From an uncultured bacterium (GTDB lineage: Bacteria; JAGOEH01), in assembly GCA_964632485.1 (NCBI GenBank), contig CAZWDO010000004.1:124001-188000 (forward strand): 64,000 nucleotides of DNA. The letters run 5' to 3'. The notes beneath the pieces were generated by a model. The model was not told the origin of the DNA. It ran no database searches and was given only the letters and a program-made list of their open reading frames with translations. Shown one piece after another: positions 52,294 through 63,300 of the stretch. A program made the position numbers and the translations under genes. How positions within the stretch are numbered: position 1 is the stretch's first letter; every line of letters starts with the position of its first letter.

Positions 52294-55200
52294 ATGACTT
52301 CAAAACCTTCGGAAGCAAAACTGGGGAATTCTGATTTGATAGAAAATGAATTTTCTGACTCCTCTCCACATCAAATGATGCAAAAGCAATTATATGAGCA
52401 AAAAGCGTATGCTGAAAAACTTTTAAATATCATCCCCAGCGCAGTTTATACCGTCGATGAGCAACAGCGAATCACCGGGTGGAATAAAATGGCAGCGTTG
52501 ATTACTGGCTACACGGAAGTTGAAATAATGGGAAAACCCTGTACTTATTTTGCAGTTTCACCTTGCCGGGAATTTTGTGGCTTACTCTCCCGGGAAATCC
52601 CCAAGCCTCTGACTAATAAGATTTGCTCTATTCAAAATAAAGCGGGAGAAATTCTTTATATATCAAAAAATTTGGATGTAATTCGGAATGAAACTGGCGA
52701 TGTTGTTGGTGGCATTGAATGTTTTTATGACATTACTGAGACAATAAGGATTGAGCAGGAATTGAGAGAAAGTGAAGAGCGTTATTCTGCCATAGTAAAC
52801 AGCGCGCCCCAAATCATTGTTATTCATAGGCAGGGAATAATTATATTCATCAATGACGCTGGCTTGAATGCTTCAAAATATAGCCGTGAGGAAATTATTG
52901 GGAAAAATGTGTTTCATTTTTTAACAGATGAATCCCAGAAAATTGCGTATAAAGCTATGGAAAAACGGGAGCTGGGGGAGAGCGTCGACGATTATGAAAT
53001 TGAGTTTATAGTAAAAAGCGGAATGATACACACCTTGATAGTAATATCAACATTGATCACCTTTGAAAAAGCCCCTGCTTCACTTGTTGTTCTTGTTGAT
53101 ATCACGGAACGTAAAAAAATCGAGCGCGAATTGAACAGCAAAGAAAGAATTTTAAACGCAGTCGCCTTGGCGATAAAATTCTTGTTGGGAAACCGAAATT
53201 TTTTTGAGGCAATTGAAAATGGATTTGAACTTCTGGGAAAAGCAATGGAAGTGGATCGGATTTATCTGTTTAAAAATGAATCAGATGTAAATGGGTTAAG
53301 CAATTGCATCCAGAAAATTGAGTGGAATCTGGGTAAACAGAACTCTAAGCTGGCTGCTCCTGAATTTCAATCTATTCCATCTGAGATTATAGATAATTTT
53401 ATTAAGCCGCTTGAACAACATCAGCCCATTTGTGGGATTGTGCGGGAATTCAGTGATGGCCAAGTGCGTGAAATGCTTCAAGAACGGCGAATTCTTTCGA
53501 CTCTTGCCCTCCCGGTCTTTGTTCGAGAAAAGTTTTGGGGATTTGTTGGAGTTGAAGAGTGTAAATATGAACGGCAATGGACTGAAGGTGAGTTTTCAAG
53601 TTTTAGCGCCTTTGGCAATGCGTTGGAAAAGGCTATTGAACGAAGTATGATCGAAGAGGAACTCGAACTTGCCAAAAAAACCGCCGAAACAGCCAATACT
53701 CTTAAAAATCAATTCCTGGCTAATATGTCCCATGAAATCAGAACGCCGATGAATGGAATTATTGGCTTTCTTGAATTGCTGAATCGTACTAATTTGTCTT
53801 CTGTCCAACGGGATTACATCCGTGAAGTCAAATCCGCTTCCGAGATTCTATTAGTACTAATCAATGATATCCTCGATTTTTCAAAAATTGAAGCGGGAAA
53901 GCTTTCAATCGATAAAATTGATTTTAAGCTTAGAACCGCTATTGATGATGCAGTAAGTCTTATCGCCCCCCGTGCCCATGAAAAACAATTGGAACTGCTC
54001 ACGTTAATTAAATCCAATGTTCCGGAAGATGTCGTTGGCGATCCAGCCCGATTACGGCAAGTTTTAAACAATCTATTGAGTAATGCCATCAAGTTCACAG
54101 AAAAAGGGGAAATTATTTTGACCGTTGAAACTGTTACTAAAAATTCAGAAGAAGCGCGAATAGCATTCCATGTTAAGGATACTGGAATTGGCATTTCCAA
54201 TGAAATTCAGAAGATTCTCTTCAAACCCTTTATCCAGGCGGATGCCTCTACAACCAGAAAGTATGGCGGAACTGGTTTAGGATTGGCAATCTCTTATGAA
54301 TTAGTAAAAATGATGAAAGGTGAAATTGAAGTAGAAAGCGAATTGGGCCAGGGATCAATATTTACTTTTAAAATTCCTTTCCAAATTTCCAGCCCGCATT
54401 CAGATTCCGGTTTTGAGTTTCATTTGCTGAAGGATACCCGAATTATGGTGGTTGACGATCATCTCAATAACCGTATGATTCTCAAATCGTACCTTGAAGA
54501 AGTGGGCTGTAAAATTTTCGAGGCGCAAGCCCCAGAGGAAGCGATGTCGACAATAATATCGCTGTCTCAAACATCGGAGCGTATTCACCTGGTGCTGGCA
54601 GATTATCAAATGCCGGGTATGACGGGATATGAATTGGCAAATGCATTGCGGGCGATTCCATTTTTAAAGAATATAAAACTGATTTTATTGACGTCCGCCG
54701 CTCAGAAAGGTGATGCTAAAATTGCCAATGAATTAGGTTTCTCCGGTTATCTGTCCAAACCTGTCAAACGTATGGAACTATTGAATATGGTCAGTATTGT
54801 GATGGGTTTTAAAGAGGAAGAACCCTTGCATCCATTTGTGACCCGTTATTCCATTAAGGAGGCGTTGGATAGCCACAAACCTTATATTTTATTAGTTGAG
54901 GATAATGACATGAATCGTAAAATCATTGTGACGATGCTTAATGAAAATGGAATTGCCTGTGATGTTGCGATTGATGGCCAGGAAGGCCTCTATGCTATTC
55001 AAGAAAAAAATTATGATATTGTCTTGATGGACTGCCAAATGCCTGTGATGGATGGCTATCAAACTACTGAACGAATCCGTGAATGGGAAGCAGAAGAAAA
55101 GCATACAGTTATCATTGCCATGACAGCCAATGCAATGGAAGGCGATCGGGAAAAATGCATCCAGGCCGGAATGGATGAATATATTAGCAAACCAATTGAT

Positions 55201-55584
55201 TTCGACCGCCTTTTCGAATTAATCAGGAAATATGCGCTTCAAAATAGAAATCAAGCTGAACATTTTAAATTGGAAAACTGTAAATTAAAGATGAGTTCCA
55301 GCAGCAGAATTAAAAAGGAAAAAATCGATATTCTCTTTCAATCGTATCTGGATACACTTCCTGAAAAACTGGATCAAATTGAAAACGCCCTTAATTCTAA
55401 CGCATTTGAGCAAGTCCAGTTTATTGCGCATCAGATCAAGGGCTCAAGCTCGATGTTGTACCTCGATAAACTTCAGAAACTATCAACGGACATGGAATTA
55501 GCCGCATCTTTCGGGGATAATCAGAAATGCCGGGATCTATTGCGTCAGATGAAAAACAAATCAAATTCATGGGCCGCGCATTGA
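52294..55584 (+). CDS. Cytoplasmic hybrid histidine kinase PAS-PAS-GAF-HisKA-HATPase-REC-REC-HPt
   Basis: FLANMSHEIRTPMN, GDPARLRQ, YGGTGLGL, two REC domains (DYQMP, DCQMP), HPt AHQIKGSS. Confidence 0.94.
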   Translation: MTSKPSEAKLGNSDLIENEFSDSSPHQMMQKQLYEQKAYAEKLLNIIPSAVYTVDEQQRITGWNKMAALITGYTEVEIMGKPCTYFAVSPCREFCGLLSREIPKPLTNKICSIQNKAGEILYISKNLDVIRNETGDVVGGIECFYDITETIRIEQELRESEERYSAIVNSAPQIIVIHRQGIIIFINDAGLNASKYSREEIIGKNVFHFLTDESQKIAYKAMEKRELGESVDDYEIEFIVKSGMIHTLIVISTLITFEKAPASLVVLVDITERKKIERELNSKERILNAVALAIKFLLGNRNFFEAIENGFELLGKAMEVDRIYLFKNESDVNGLSNCIQKIEWNLGKQNSKLAAPEFQSIPSEIIDNFIKPLEQHQPICGIVREFSDGQVREMLQERRILSTLALPVFVREKFWGFVGVEECKYERQWTEGEFSSFSAFGNALEKAIERSMIEEELELAKKTAETANTLKNQFLANMSHEIRTPMNGIIGFLELLNRTNLSSVQRDYIREVKSASEILLVLINDILDFSKIEAGKLSIDKIDFKLRTAIDDAVSLIAPRAHEKQLELLTLIKSNVPEDVVGDPARLRQVLNNLLSNAIKFTEKGEIILTVETVTKNSEEARIAFHVKDTGIGISNEIQKILFKPFIQADASTTRKYGGTGLGLAISYELVKMMKGEIEVESELGQGSIFTFKIPFQISSPHSDSGFEFHLLKDTRIMVVDDHLNNRMILKSYLEEVGCKIFEAQAPEEAMSTIISLSQTSERIHLVLADYQMPGMTGYELANALRAIPFLKNIKLILLTSAAQKGDAKIANELGFSGYLSKPVKRMELLNMVSIVMGFKEEEPLHPFVTRYSIKEALDSHKPYILLVEDNDMNRKIIVTMLNENGIACDVAIDGQEGLYAIQEKNYDIVLMDCQMPVMDGYQTTERIREWEAEEKHTVIIAMTANAMEGDREKCIQAGMDEYISKPIDFDRLFELIRKYALQNRNQAEHFKLENCKLKMSSSSRIKKEKIDILFQSYLDTLPEKLDQIENALNSNAFEQVQFIAHQIKGSSSMLYLDKLQKLSTDMELAASFGDNQKCRDLLRQMKNKSNSWAAH

Positions 55585-55878
55585 GTTCGACTTATAACGC
55601 TATTTTTAAACTGAGCTAAAAATTGGAGCTGAATAAAAAAAACTTGACTTTTAGCACAATGTTTATTATTGTTAATGTGGGATTTAGTGTCAACGGTTTG
55701 ATTTAACCATCGTTTATAGACACTGAGTTTATAATAATTACGAATCCGGCGGATTTGTATCAATGTCTTTTAATCCGCTGAAAAATGACAATTTATAAAC
55801 AGACTCGTTCTACGGTGGGATTGATCCCGTAATAATATAGATGGCAAGAATTTAAAATTACGTTGGTGATATGCTAAT

Positions 55879-56430
55879 ATGACAAGGTTTATGCTTCATG
55901 TAAGTACTCTGGTTTGTTTATTGTTTATTAGTTCTTTTTGTTTATTTGCCCAGCAAACAGAATATGAAGTAAAATCGGCCCAGCTCAAGCAAATTGCCAG
56001 TTTTATTACTTGGCCGTTTGAAAAAGATTCTACGAATCCCAAATCATTTTTTGTTGTTGGCATTCTGGGGCAATCGACGTATAATCATTATAATTCCAAT
56101 ATTACTGCTATAAAGACGATAAAAGAACTGCCAGTACAAGTTTTGCAGTTTTCATCGGAGCATGATATCACTGATTGTGATTTGCTTCTTGTCGGGAAAT
56201 GCAGCGCTGAAACCATTATCAATGCCTTAAAAAAAGTTAAGGACAAACCGGTATTAACGATTTGTGATGTAGATGACAATATGAAATATGGATTGATGAT
56301 GGGTTTTTATATTAAAAGTGGAAAAGTGCGTTTTTACGCTAATACCAAACAAACACAGAAAAGCAAACTCAAATTTAGCTCAAATTTGATTCGTCTGGCC
56401 AAACAGGTGGAATCCGATTATGATCATTAA
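55879..56430 (+). CDS. YfiR/HmsC-family periplasmic protein
   Basis: Signal peptide, EYEVKSA, FITWP, PVLTI, KVRFYAN, LKFSSNLIRLA. Confidence 0.85.
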   Translation: MTRFMLHVSTLVCLLFISSFCLFAQQTEYEVKSAQLKQIASFITWPFEKDSTNPKSFFVVGILGQSTYNHYNSNITAIKTIKELPVQVLQFSSEHDITDCDLLLVGKCSAETIINALKKVKDKPVLTICDVDDNMKYGLMMGFYIKSGKVRFYANTKQTQKSKLKFSSNLIRLAKQVESDYDH

Positions 56431-57910
56431 TTGGTTGAGAAAACGCTCGATTAAAGACAAGATTACCTATATGATGTTAACAATAGGTATCTTTTCGATT
56501 GGTCTGGGATTTTGCATTGTGATTTTTAATGATATTGCGATTTTTAAAAGGGATATGGTCAATAATACGCGCCTAATATCAAGGGTGATTAGCAACTATA
56601 GTATTTCCGAGTTGATGTTTGACGATTCGGATGCCAGTTATCAGACGCTGAAAAAATTAGCAAGTGTTCCCATTATCAGCCATGCGTTTATTTTTAACCA
56701 AAAGGGAGAGCTCTTTGCCCGGTATGATAAAGGGGATTCAATTGCTCCTCCTCTACTGGTCACTTCAAGTCCGGCATACTATAAAGATGATCGACTGTAT
56801 GTTTATGAACAGATTGAATCTGATCATGTAGTGTGGGGGACTATTTGCCTGGTTTCTACGATTGAATCGCTTGAACAGAAAATTAGCCGCTATATCTTGA
56901 CAATGTTAGGTATTATGTTGGTTATTATAGTTCTGGTTGGGATTCTTGCAAAAAAATTTCAATCTTACATATCTACCCCAATTCTGCGTTTAGCCGAAAT
57001 TGTCAGAAAAGTTTCGCAAACCAATGATTATACGATACGGGCAAAAACGGCAAATTCTGATGAAATCGGATACCTCTACTCCGGTTTTAATAACATGTTG
57101 GAAAAGATTGAAAACCGTGAACGGGAATTGCATCAGAATCAGGAAAAACTTCATGCCTATTCCCTGGACCTGGAACGCAGCAACCAGGAATTGAACCAAT
57201 TCGCCTATGTTACATCTCATGATCTTAAAGCTCCCTTAAGAGCTATTGCGAATCTATCGGAATGGATTGAAGAAGATATTGAAGCCCTTTTAACTCCGGA
57301 TACCCGGGGACAAATGAATTTGTTGCGCAGCCGGGTGCATCGTATGGAAGCCCTCATCCAGGGGATTTTGGAATATTCCCGGGCAGGTCGAATCCGGAAC
57401 GCACTGGAAAAAGTAAATTTAACACAATTGTTAGAAGAAACAATTGATTTGATGGACCCCCCAGAGCATATCAAGATAACGATCGGGGCTGATTTGCCCG
57501 AGCTGCTGACGGAAAAAGTACGATTGCAGCAAGTCTTTTCCAATTTGATCAGCAATGCTATTAAATATAATGATAAGGAAATCGCGCGAATAGATATTCA
57601 GATGGTAAACCAGGATGATGATTTTTATTGGTTCTGTGTGGCAGATAATGGACCAGGAATTGAACCGAAGTACCATGATAAGGTTTTTGTGATTTTCCAA
57701 ACATTACAGTCCCGGGACAAATTTGAAAGCACAGGAGTAGGCCTCTCTATTGTCAAGAAAATTGTAGAGGATCAGGGCGGGATGATTTGGATCGAAGGGG
57801 ACAAGGGAGAAGGCGCTTCTTTTATTTTTAAATGGTCTAAAAAAACGGATACAACCTATAATTCAGAACATAATAAGGAGGATAAAATAGATGAATCCAG
57901 GAAAAATTAG
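56420..57910 (+). CDS. Membrane histidine kinase (YfiN-like periplasmic domain, HAMP, Cph1-type kinase core)
   Basis: TM-periplasm-TM; HAMP (ISTPILRL...DEIGYL..GFNNML); FAYVTSHDLKAPL, NLISNAIKY, DNGPG, GVGL. Confidence 0.9.
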   Translation: MIINWLRKRSIKDKITYMMLTIGIFSIGLGFCIVIFNDIAIFKRDMVNNTRLISRVISNYSISELMFDDSDASYQTLKKLASVPIISHAFIFNQKGELFARYDKGDSIAPPLLVTSSPAYYKDDRLYVYEQIESDHVVWGTICLVSTIESLEQKISRYILTMLGIMLVIIVLVGILAKKFQSYISTPILRLAEIVRKVSQTNDYTIRAKTANSDEIGYLYSGFNNMLEKIENRERELHQNQEKLHAYSLDLERSNQELNQFAYVTSHDLKAPLRAIANLSEWIEEDIEALLTPDTRGQMNLLRSRVHRMEALIQGILEYSRAGRIRNALEKVNLTQLLEETIDLMDPPEHIKITIGADLPELLTEKVRLQQVFSNLISNAIKYNDKEIARIDIQMVNQDDDFYWFCVADNGPGIEPKYHDKVFVIFQTLQSRDKFESTGVGLSIVKKIVEDQGGMIWIEGDKGEGASFIFKWSKKTDTTYNSEHNKEDKIDESRKN

Positions 57911-58334
57911 CGTATTGTTAGTAGAAGATGATAATGTAGATTATATGAATGTAAAACGGGCATTTAAAAAAAATGAGCTGACCTACCCTTTATATCGCGC
58001 CGAAAACGGGTTGGATGCTTTGGACATGTTGCGGGGAAATCGCCAATCGGAATTTTCCAAACCACCTAACATCATTTTACTGGATATCAATATGCCTCAG
58101 ATGAACGGAATTGAGTTTTTAAAAGAACTCCGTTTAGATCCACAATTAAAAAACACGGTGGTGATTATTTTAACGACTTCAAATGATGAAAAAGATCTTT
58201 TCGATGCCTATAACTTGGCTGTTCAGGGCTATATACTCAAGCCGGTTACTTTTGATGCCTTTCAAAAAGCGATCGCTACGTTAAATGATTATTGGATATT
58301 GTGTGAAACCCCGGATTTGATTTATGGAAGATAA
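57891..58334 (+). CDS. Single-domain response regulator (Rcp1-like)
   Basis: LLVEDD, LLDINMPQMNG, LTTS, AYNL, KP. Confidence 0.92.
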   Translation: MNPGKISVLLVEDDNVDYMNVKRAFKKNELTYPLYRAENGLDALDMLRGNRQSEFSKPPNIILLDINMPQMNGIEFLKELRLDPQLKNTVVIILTTSNDEKDLFDAYNLAVQGYILKPVTFDAFQKAIATLNDYWILCETPDLIYGR

Positions 58335-60252
58335 AATTTACAATCTGCTAATAATCGATGATGATGAAATCGATAGAAAAATAGTATTTCGACATCTAAA
58401 AAATACACTTATTAAATTTAAAAAATATGAAGCTTCTGATTGTGAAGGGGGATTTGCAATAATAAAAAGCCTTAAAATCGATTGTATTTTTTTAGATTAT
58501 CAGCTCCCCTATGAAGATGGTTTGGATTTTGTCAATCGCCTCAGGGAAAAAAAAATTATGATCCCGGTCGTTATACTGACCGGCCAGGGGGATGAGTTTA
58601 TTGCGGTTGAATTGATGAAAGCCGGCGCTAATGATTATCTAAATAAAAATGCGCTGACTCCCGAACTTCTGCAACGGAGCCTGCAGTATATTTTAAAGGT
58701 TACAGAGACAGAAAGGGAGTTGAATAAAGCCCGGAATAAAGCTCAAAAATATCTTGATGTGGCTGCCGTTGTATTATTAGTGATCGAGGCTGATGGCCGG
58801 GTTTCATTAATAAACAAAAAGGGATGCGAGATACTGGAATATGAAGAGTCTGAAATCCTTGATAAAAATTGGTATGCCAATTTTGTGCCATATTCAAAGC
58901 AGCAGGAAATCCGAGATTTTATGTCACAAATGTGTTTGTCTGAAAATTCACAGGGAATGGAAATTGAATATGACGTTTTAACGAAAAGCCGGACTAAAAA
59001 AATAATTTCCTGGAACAATGTCGCATTATTTGATGAGAATGAAAATTTTGCGGGGATTTTGTGTTCCGGTGAAGATATCACAATTAAACGGCATCTGGAA
59101 GAACAATTAGCTCAACTCCATAAAATGGAAACTCTGGGGAATTTGGCCGGGGGGATTGCCCATGATTTTAATAATATCCTGGGCAGCATCATTGGTTATA
59201 TTTCGTTGATAAAGAAACAGATTACATTAGAACATACATTATTTAAATATATTGACACTATTGATAAAAGCGCAAATCGCGCTGCTGAGTTGACATCAAA
59301 ACTGCTGGCTTTTTCACATGGTGGGAAATATCAAATGGAAATCATAGACCTGAATGAAATTATTCGGGAAACGCTGGCTATTGTAAGCCACACCATGGAT
59401 AAATCCATAAATATTGAAACTCGGTTATGTGAACTGCCTGTCTTGATTAAAGGCGATGCCAGCCAAATCGAACAGGTTGTTATGAACCTTTGCGTAAACG
59501 CGGCCCAAGCGATGGAATCCCAAGGAGGACTGCTTTTAATCGAAACCCTCTCAACTTATATCGATAGCCAGTTGCTGATTAATCGTATCCAAACCGTTCC
59601 AGGGCAATATGTGCTGATGATTGTTTCCGATACGGGCTGCGGTATGGATTCAGAAGTCAAAGAGCATATTTTTGAACCCTTCTTTACTACTAAAGAAAAA
59701 GGAAAAGGAACGGGTTTGGGATTATCCATGGTTTATGGCATTACTCGCAATCATAAGGGTTTTATCGATATTTATAGCGAATTGGGGAAAGGCTCTACTT
59801 TTAAGGTATATCTCCCGCTTTGTTTGGAAAAAGGAGAACCGGTGGCTTTTTCTTCTCCCAGAGAACAAAACCTGAATGGTGTGGAAACCATTCTGGTGGT
59901 TGATGATGAAGAATTCCTGCGAGAATTGGCATACGATATTCTCTCGGCTTCTGGCTATACGGTATTGACTGCTGCCGATGGCGATGAAGCTTTGGAATTG
60001 TATTCTAAAAGAGTGGAGGATATTGATTTGGTTATTTTAGATATGATTATGCCCAATAAAAGCGGATATGAAGTTTTTCAGGCGCTTAAAAAAGTGAATC
60101 CCAGTGTCAAAACGATTTTAGCTTCGGGTTTTAGCAAAACCCAACAAATCGAAGAATGCTTAAAGACCGGGATCATCAATTTCCTGCAAAAACCTTATAC
60201 AGCTATTAGACTCCTCGATGCCGTGCGGAGCGTGCTGGATTATAAATGTTGA
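58324..60252 (+). CDS. Hybrid histidine kinase REC-PAS-HisKA-HATPase-REC (CckA-like core)
   Basis: IIDDD...LDYQLP; PAS; GGIAHDFNN; FEPFFTTK; GTGLGL; C-terminal REC with LDMIMP. Confidence 0.93.
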   Translation: MEDKIYNLLIIDDDEIDRKIVFRHLKNTLIKFKKYEASDCEGGFAIIKSLKIDCIFLDYQLPYEDGLDFVNRLREKKIMIPVVILTGQGDEFIAVELMKAGANDYLNKNALTPELLQRSLQYILKVTETERELNKARNKAQKYLDVAAVVLLVIEADGRVSLINKKGCEILEYEESEILDKNWYANFVPYSKQQEIRDFMSQMCLSENSQGMEIEYDVLTKSRTKKIISWNNVALFDENENFAGILCSGEDITIKRHLEEQLAQLHKMETLGNLAGGIAHDFNNILGSIIGYISLIKKQITLEHTLFKYIDTIDKSANRAAELTSKLLAFSHGGKYQMEIIDLNEIIRETLAIVSHTMDKSINIETRLCELPVLIKGDASQIEQVVMNLCVNAAQAMESQGGLLLIETLSTYIDSQLLINRIQTVPGQYVLMIVSDTGCGMDSEVKEHIFEPFFTTKEKGKGTGLGLSMVYGITRNHKGFIDIYSELGKGSTFKVYLPLCLEKGEPVAFSSPREQNLNGVETILVVDDEEFLRELAYDILSASGYTVLTAADGDEALELYSKRVEDIDLVILDMIMPNKSGYEVFQALKKVNPSVKTILASGFSKTQQIEECLKTGIINFLQKPYTAIRLLDAVRSVLDYKC

Positions 60253-60387
60253 ATTTTTGAAAGTGAATCTATGGCAAATCAGAAGTTCGCAACACAAAGA
60301 GAAGATTTTTATTCTGAAAATTTGATCAATAGTCCATAGAAAAAAATAATACTTGACGAATCCTTTTAAAAGAGTTATTTTTAATCA

Positions 60388-63300
60388 ATGAAAATATCAA
60401 AAAATACCCCCCGGATCATCTTCCTGTTATTAATTTTATTGCCGGGTTTGGCGCAATATTTGAATGCGTATGAGATGGAACAGTTATTGAAGCAATTATC
60501 TTTTGAAAAAATTACTATTGAAACTGGACTTTCACAGAACAATGTTTTTGCGATTATTCAGGATCGTCAGGGTTTTATGTGGTTTGGCACAGAAGATGGA
60601 CTTAATTGCTATGATGGTTATAATTGTAAAATTTATCAGAACATCTACGGTGATGAAACCAGCCTTTCCGACAATAAGATACTTTCATTATTTGAAGATC
60701 ATGATGGCTATCTATGGGTTGGCACAAAATTTGGTGGATTGAACCGGTTTGACCCACTGACTGATCAATTCACTCATTACAAATACAACCCGGAAGATTC
60801 AAATTCTCTAAGCAGTAACCAATTTATTACGGCAATCGTTGAAGATAGCAATGACTATTTGTGGGTTGGAACTGAATCCGGATTGAATTGCATTGACCCT
60901 TCCCGGAAAAAAATTGAAAGACTGCCTCTGATCAATTGGACTCAGGAATCATTGAATGCAGATTTTATCTGGTCGCTTTTCATTGATGAGGATGGCTTTA
61001 TATGGGTTGGCAGCAATCACGGCGTGAGGAAAATCGATCCGAATACCAAAGAGGTGACCCATTTCAATGACCGTCCGGGCAATCACTATTATATCCCAAA
61101 TACAATGATTCGCTCGGTTTATAAGGACCTCCGGGATACACTCTGGATTTCTTCTATTGATGGCTTGATTATTTATGATTTGGCAGCGAAGAGTTTTCGG
61201 AAACTACAGCATGATCCTGCTGATCCCCATTCCCTTATTAATAACCAACTTCGATTTATCATGCCTGATAGAAAAAGCGACAGAATATGGATAGGCACCA
61301 AGGGCGGCCTTGAACTTTTTAATCGTTCCACGGGTGAGTTTCTGCATTTTCGCAAGGATGATTCTCGCCTGACCAGTTTGGGGCAAAATTTTGTCTATTG
61401 TCTTTATCAGGACTCATTAGATAATCTTTGGATTGGCACGATTGGCGGTGGTGTAAATAAAGTTAACCGTAAAAAAGAAAAATTTCTTCAGTATGTTCCG
61501 AATCCCCATTTTGAAGGGGGATTGAATGATAAAGATGTCTTAGCGCTTTATCAGGATAATCAAAATTATCTTTGGCTTGGAACTTCAGCAGGTGGTCTGA
61601 ATCGGTTAAATCGCGCGACTGGCGAGTACACATATTTCCTGCAGGATGATTATAATCTCAATATGTTTAAACAGAATGAGATAAAAGCAATTGTCGATGA
61701 TGGCGCCGGTCATCTGTTTTTAGGTTCGAAACAGAATGGATTGATTATATTTAATACTCAGGATTTTTCCTATCAGTATATCCGTTATACTGATTCCAAT
61801 TTGAACTTAGGGCGCGCTAATGAAATTTGGAGCCTTTACCATGATGGTTCAGCGCTATGGATCGGCCAGGTTGGAGGGATTAAAAAATTTAATTATGAAA
61901 GCGAAAAATCAGAATTCTTTGAAATTAAAATCGTTGATAATCTTCGTAACAGTATTTATTTAACCAGTATTGCCGAGGATGATGATCATTATCTTTGGGT
62001 GGGGACCTATGGCGGCGGTTTATTGAAATTCGATAAAAAAAAAGGATGGGTAAAAAGATTCCTTAACACGACCAATTCAGCAAATTCAATTAGCAATAAT
62101 CGTGTGATTTCAGTTTTAGCGGATGGGAAATATCTTTGGGTTGGCACTCTTGGTGGTGGACTGAATAGGCTTGACCGGGAGACTGAGCGTTTTGAAATTT
62201 GGCGGGCAAATGAAGGTTTGCCTAGTAATGATGTGGTGGGTATTCTTAAAGATCCTGCCGGTTATTTGTGGCTTTCGACCAATAACGGTCTGAGCTGTTT
62301 CGATCCTAATCGTGGAGTGTTTCGTAATTATAGTATGACCGATGGGCTCCAAAGTTATCAATTTTCCGATGATGCTTGTTTTATGGCCCCTACAGGTGAG
62401 ATGCTGTTTGGCAGCGACAATGGGTTTATTAGTTTTTTCTCGGATAGCGTTCAGGATAATCTGCATATTCCTCCGATTGTTATTACTGGTTTTCGTAAAT
62501 TCGATAAAGAAATGCAATTTGAACGCCCAATCTCTAAAATGGAGCAGATCGGCCTCTCCTATCAGGATAACTATTTTAGTATTCAGTTCTCCGCGTTGGA
62601 CTATATGCATTCTGCAAAGAATCATTATGCTTATTGGCTGGAAGGCTTTGATAAGGATTGGATTTATTGTGGCACCCGGCATGAGGCTTCCTATACGAAT
62701 CTGGATGGAGGAACCTATATTTTTCATGTGATCGGGTCAAACAATGATGGCGTTTGGAATCAGGCAGGGACCTCCCTTAAAATTGTAATTAAACCGCCGT
62801 TCTGGGAAACGATTTGGTTTCGGTTAGGCGTTGGATTGCTATTAGCGAGTGTTTTGTGGACAGGCTATCGTTTCCGAATCCAGACGATTGAAAAACAGAA
62901 AAAACGACTTGAACTACTGGTTGGAGAGAGAACTTGCGAATTGGATCATCGGAATCAGGAATTAGTTCAAATTAACAAGATTGTCAAGTCGATCAATATG
63001 GAACTTGATTTCCGCAATTTGCTGCAATCGATTTTAGATGAATTAAGTGACTTTGGTTGTATTGAAAAGGCCTCTGCCTTGATTTATGACCGCGAGAAAA
63101 AAGTCTATTGTTTTGTTGCCAGTTCAGGATGGAAAATTGATGATTTAGAATCGATCAAGCTTACCGAGAAGGAAGCGGAAATGAGATACATACAGAATGC
63201 AGAAAATATCAATCAATGTATATTTTATATTGAAAATATTGTGTCCCGACCCGCATCCGAGAAATTCAGCCATCTCCCGCTGCCGAAAGCCATGCTCGTG

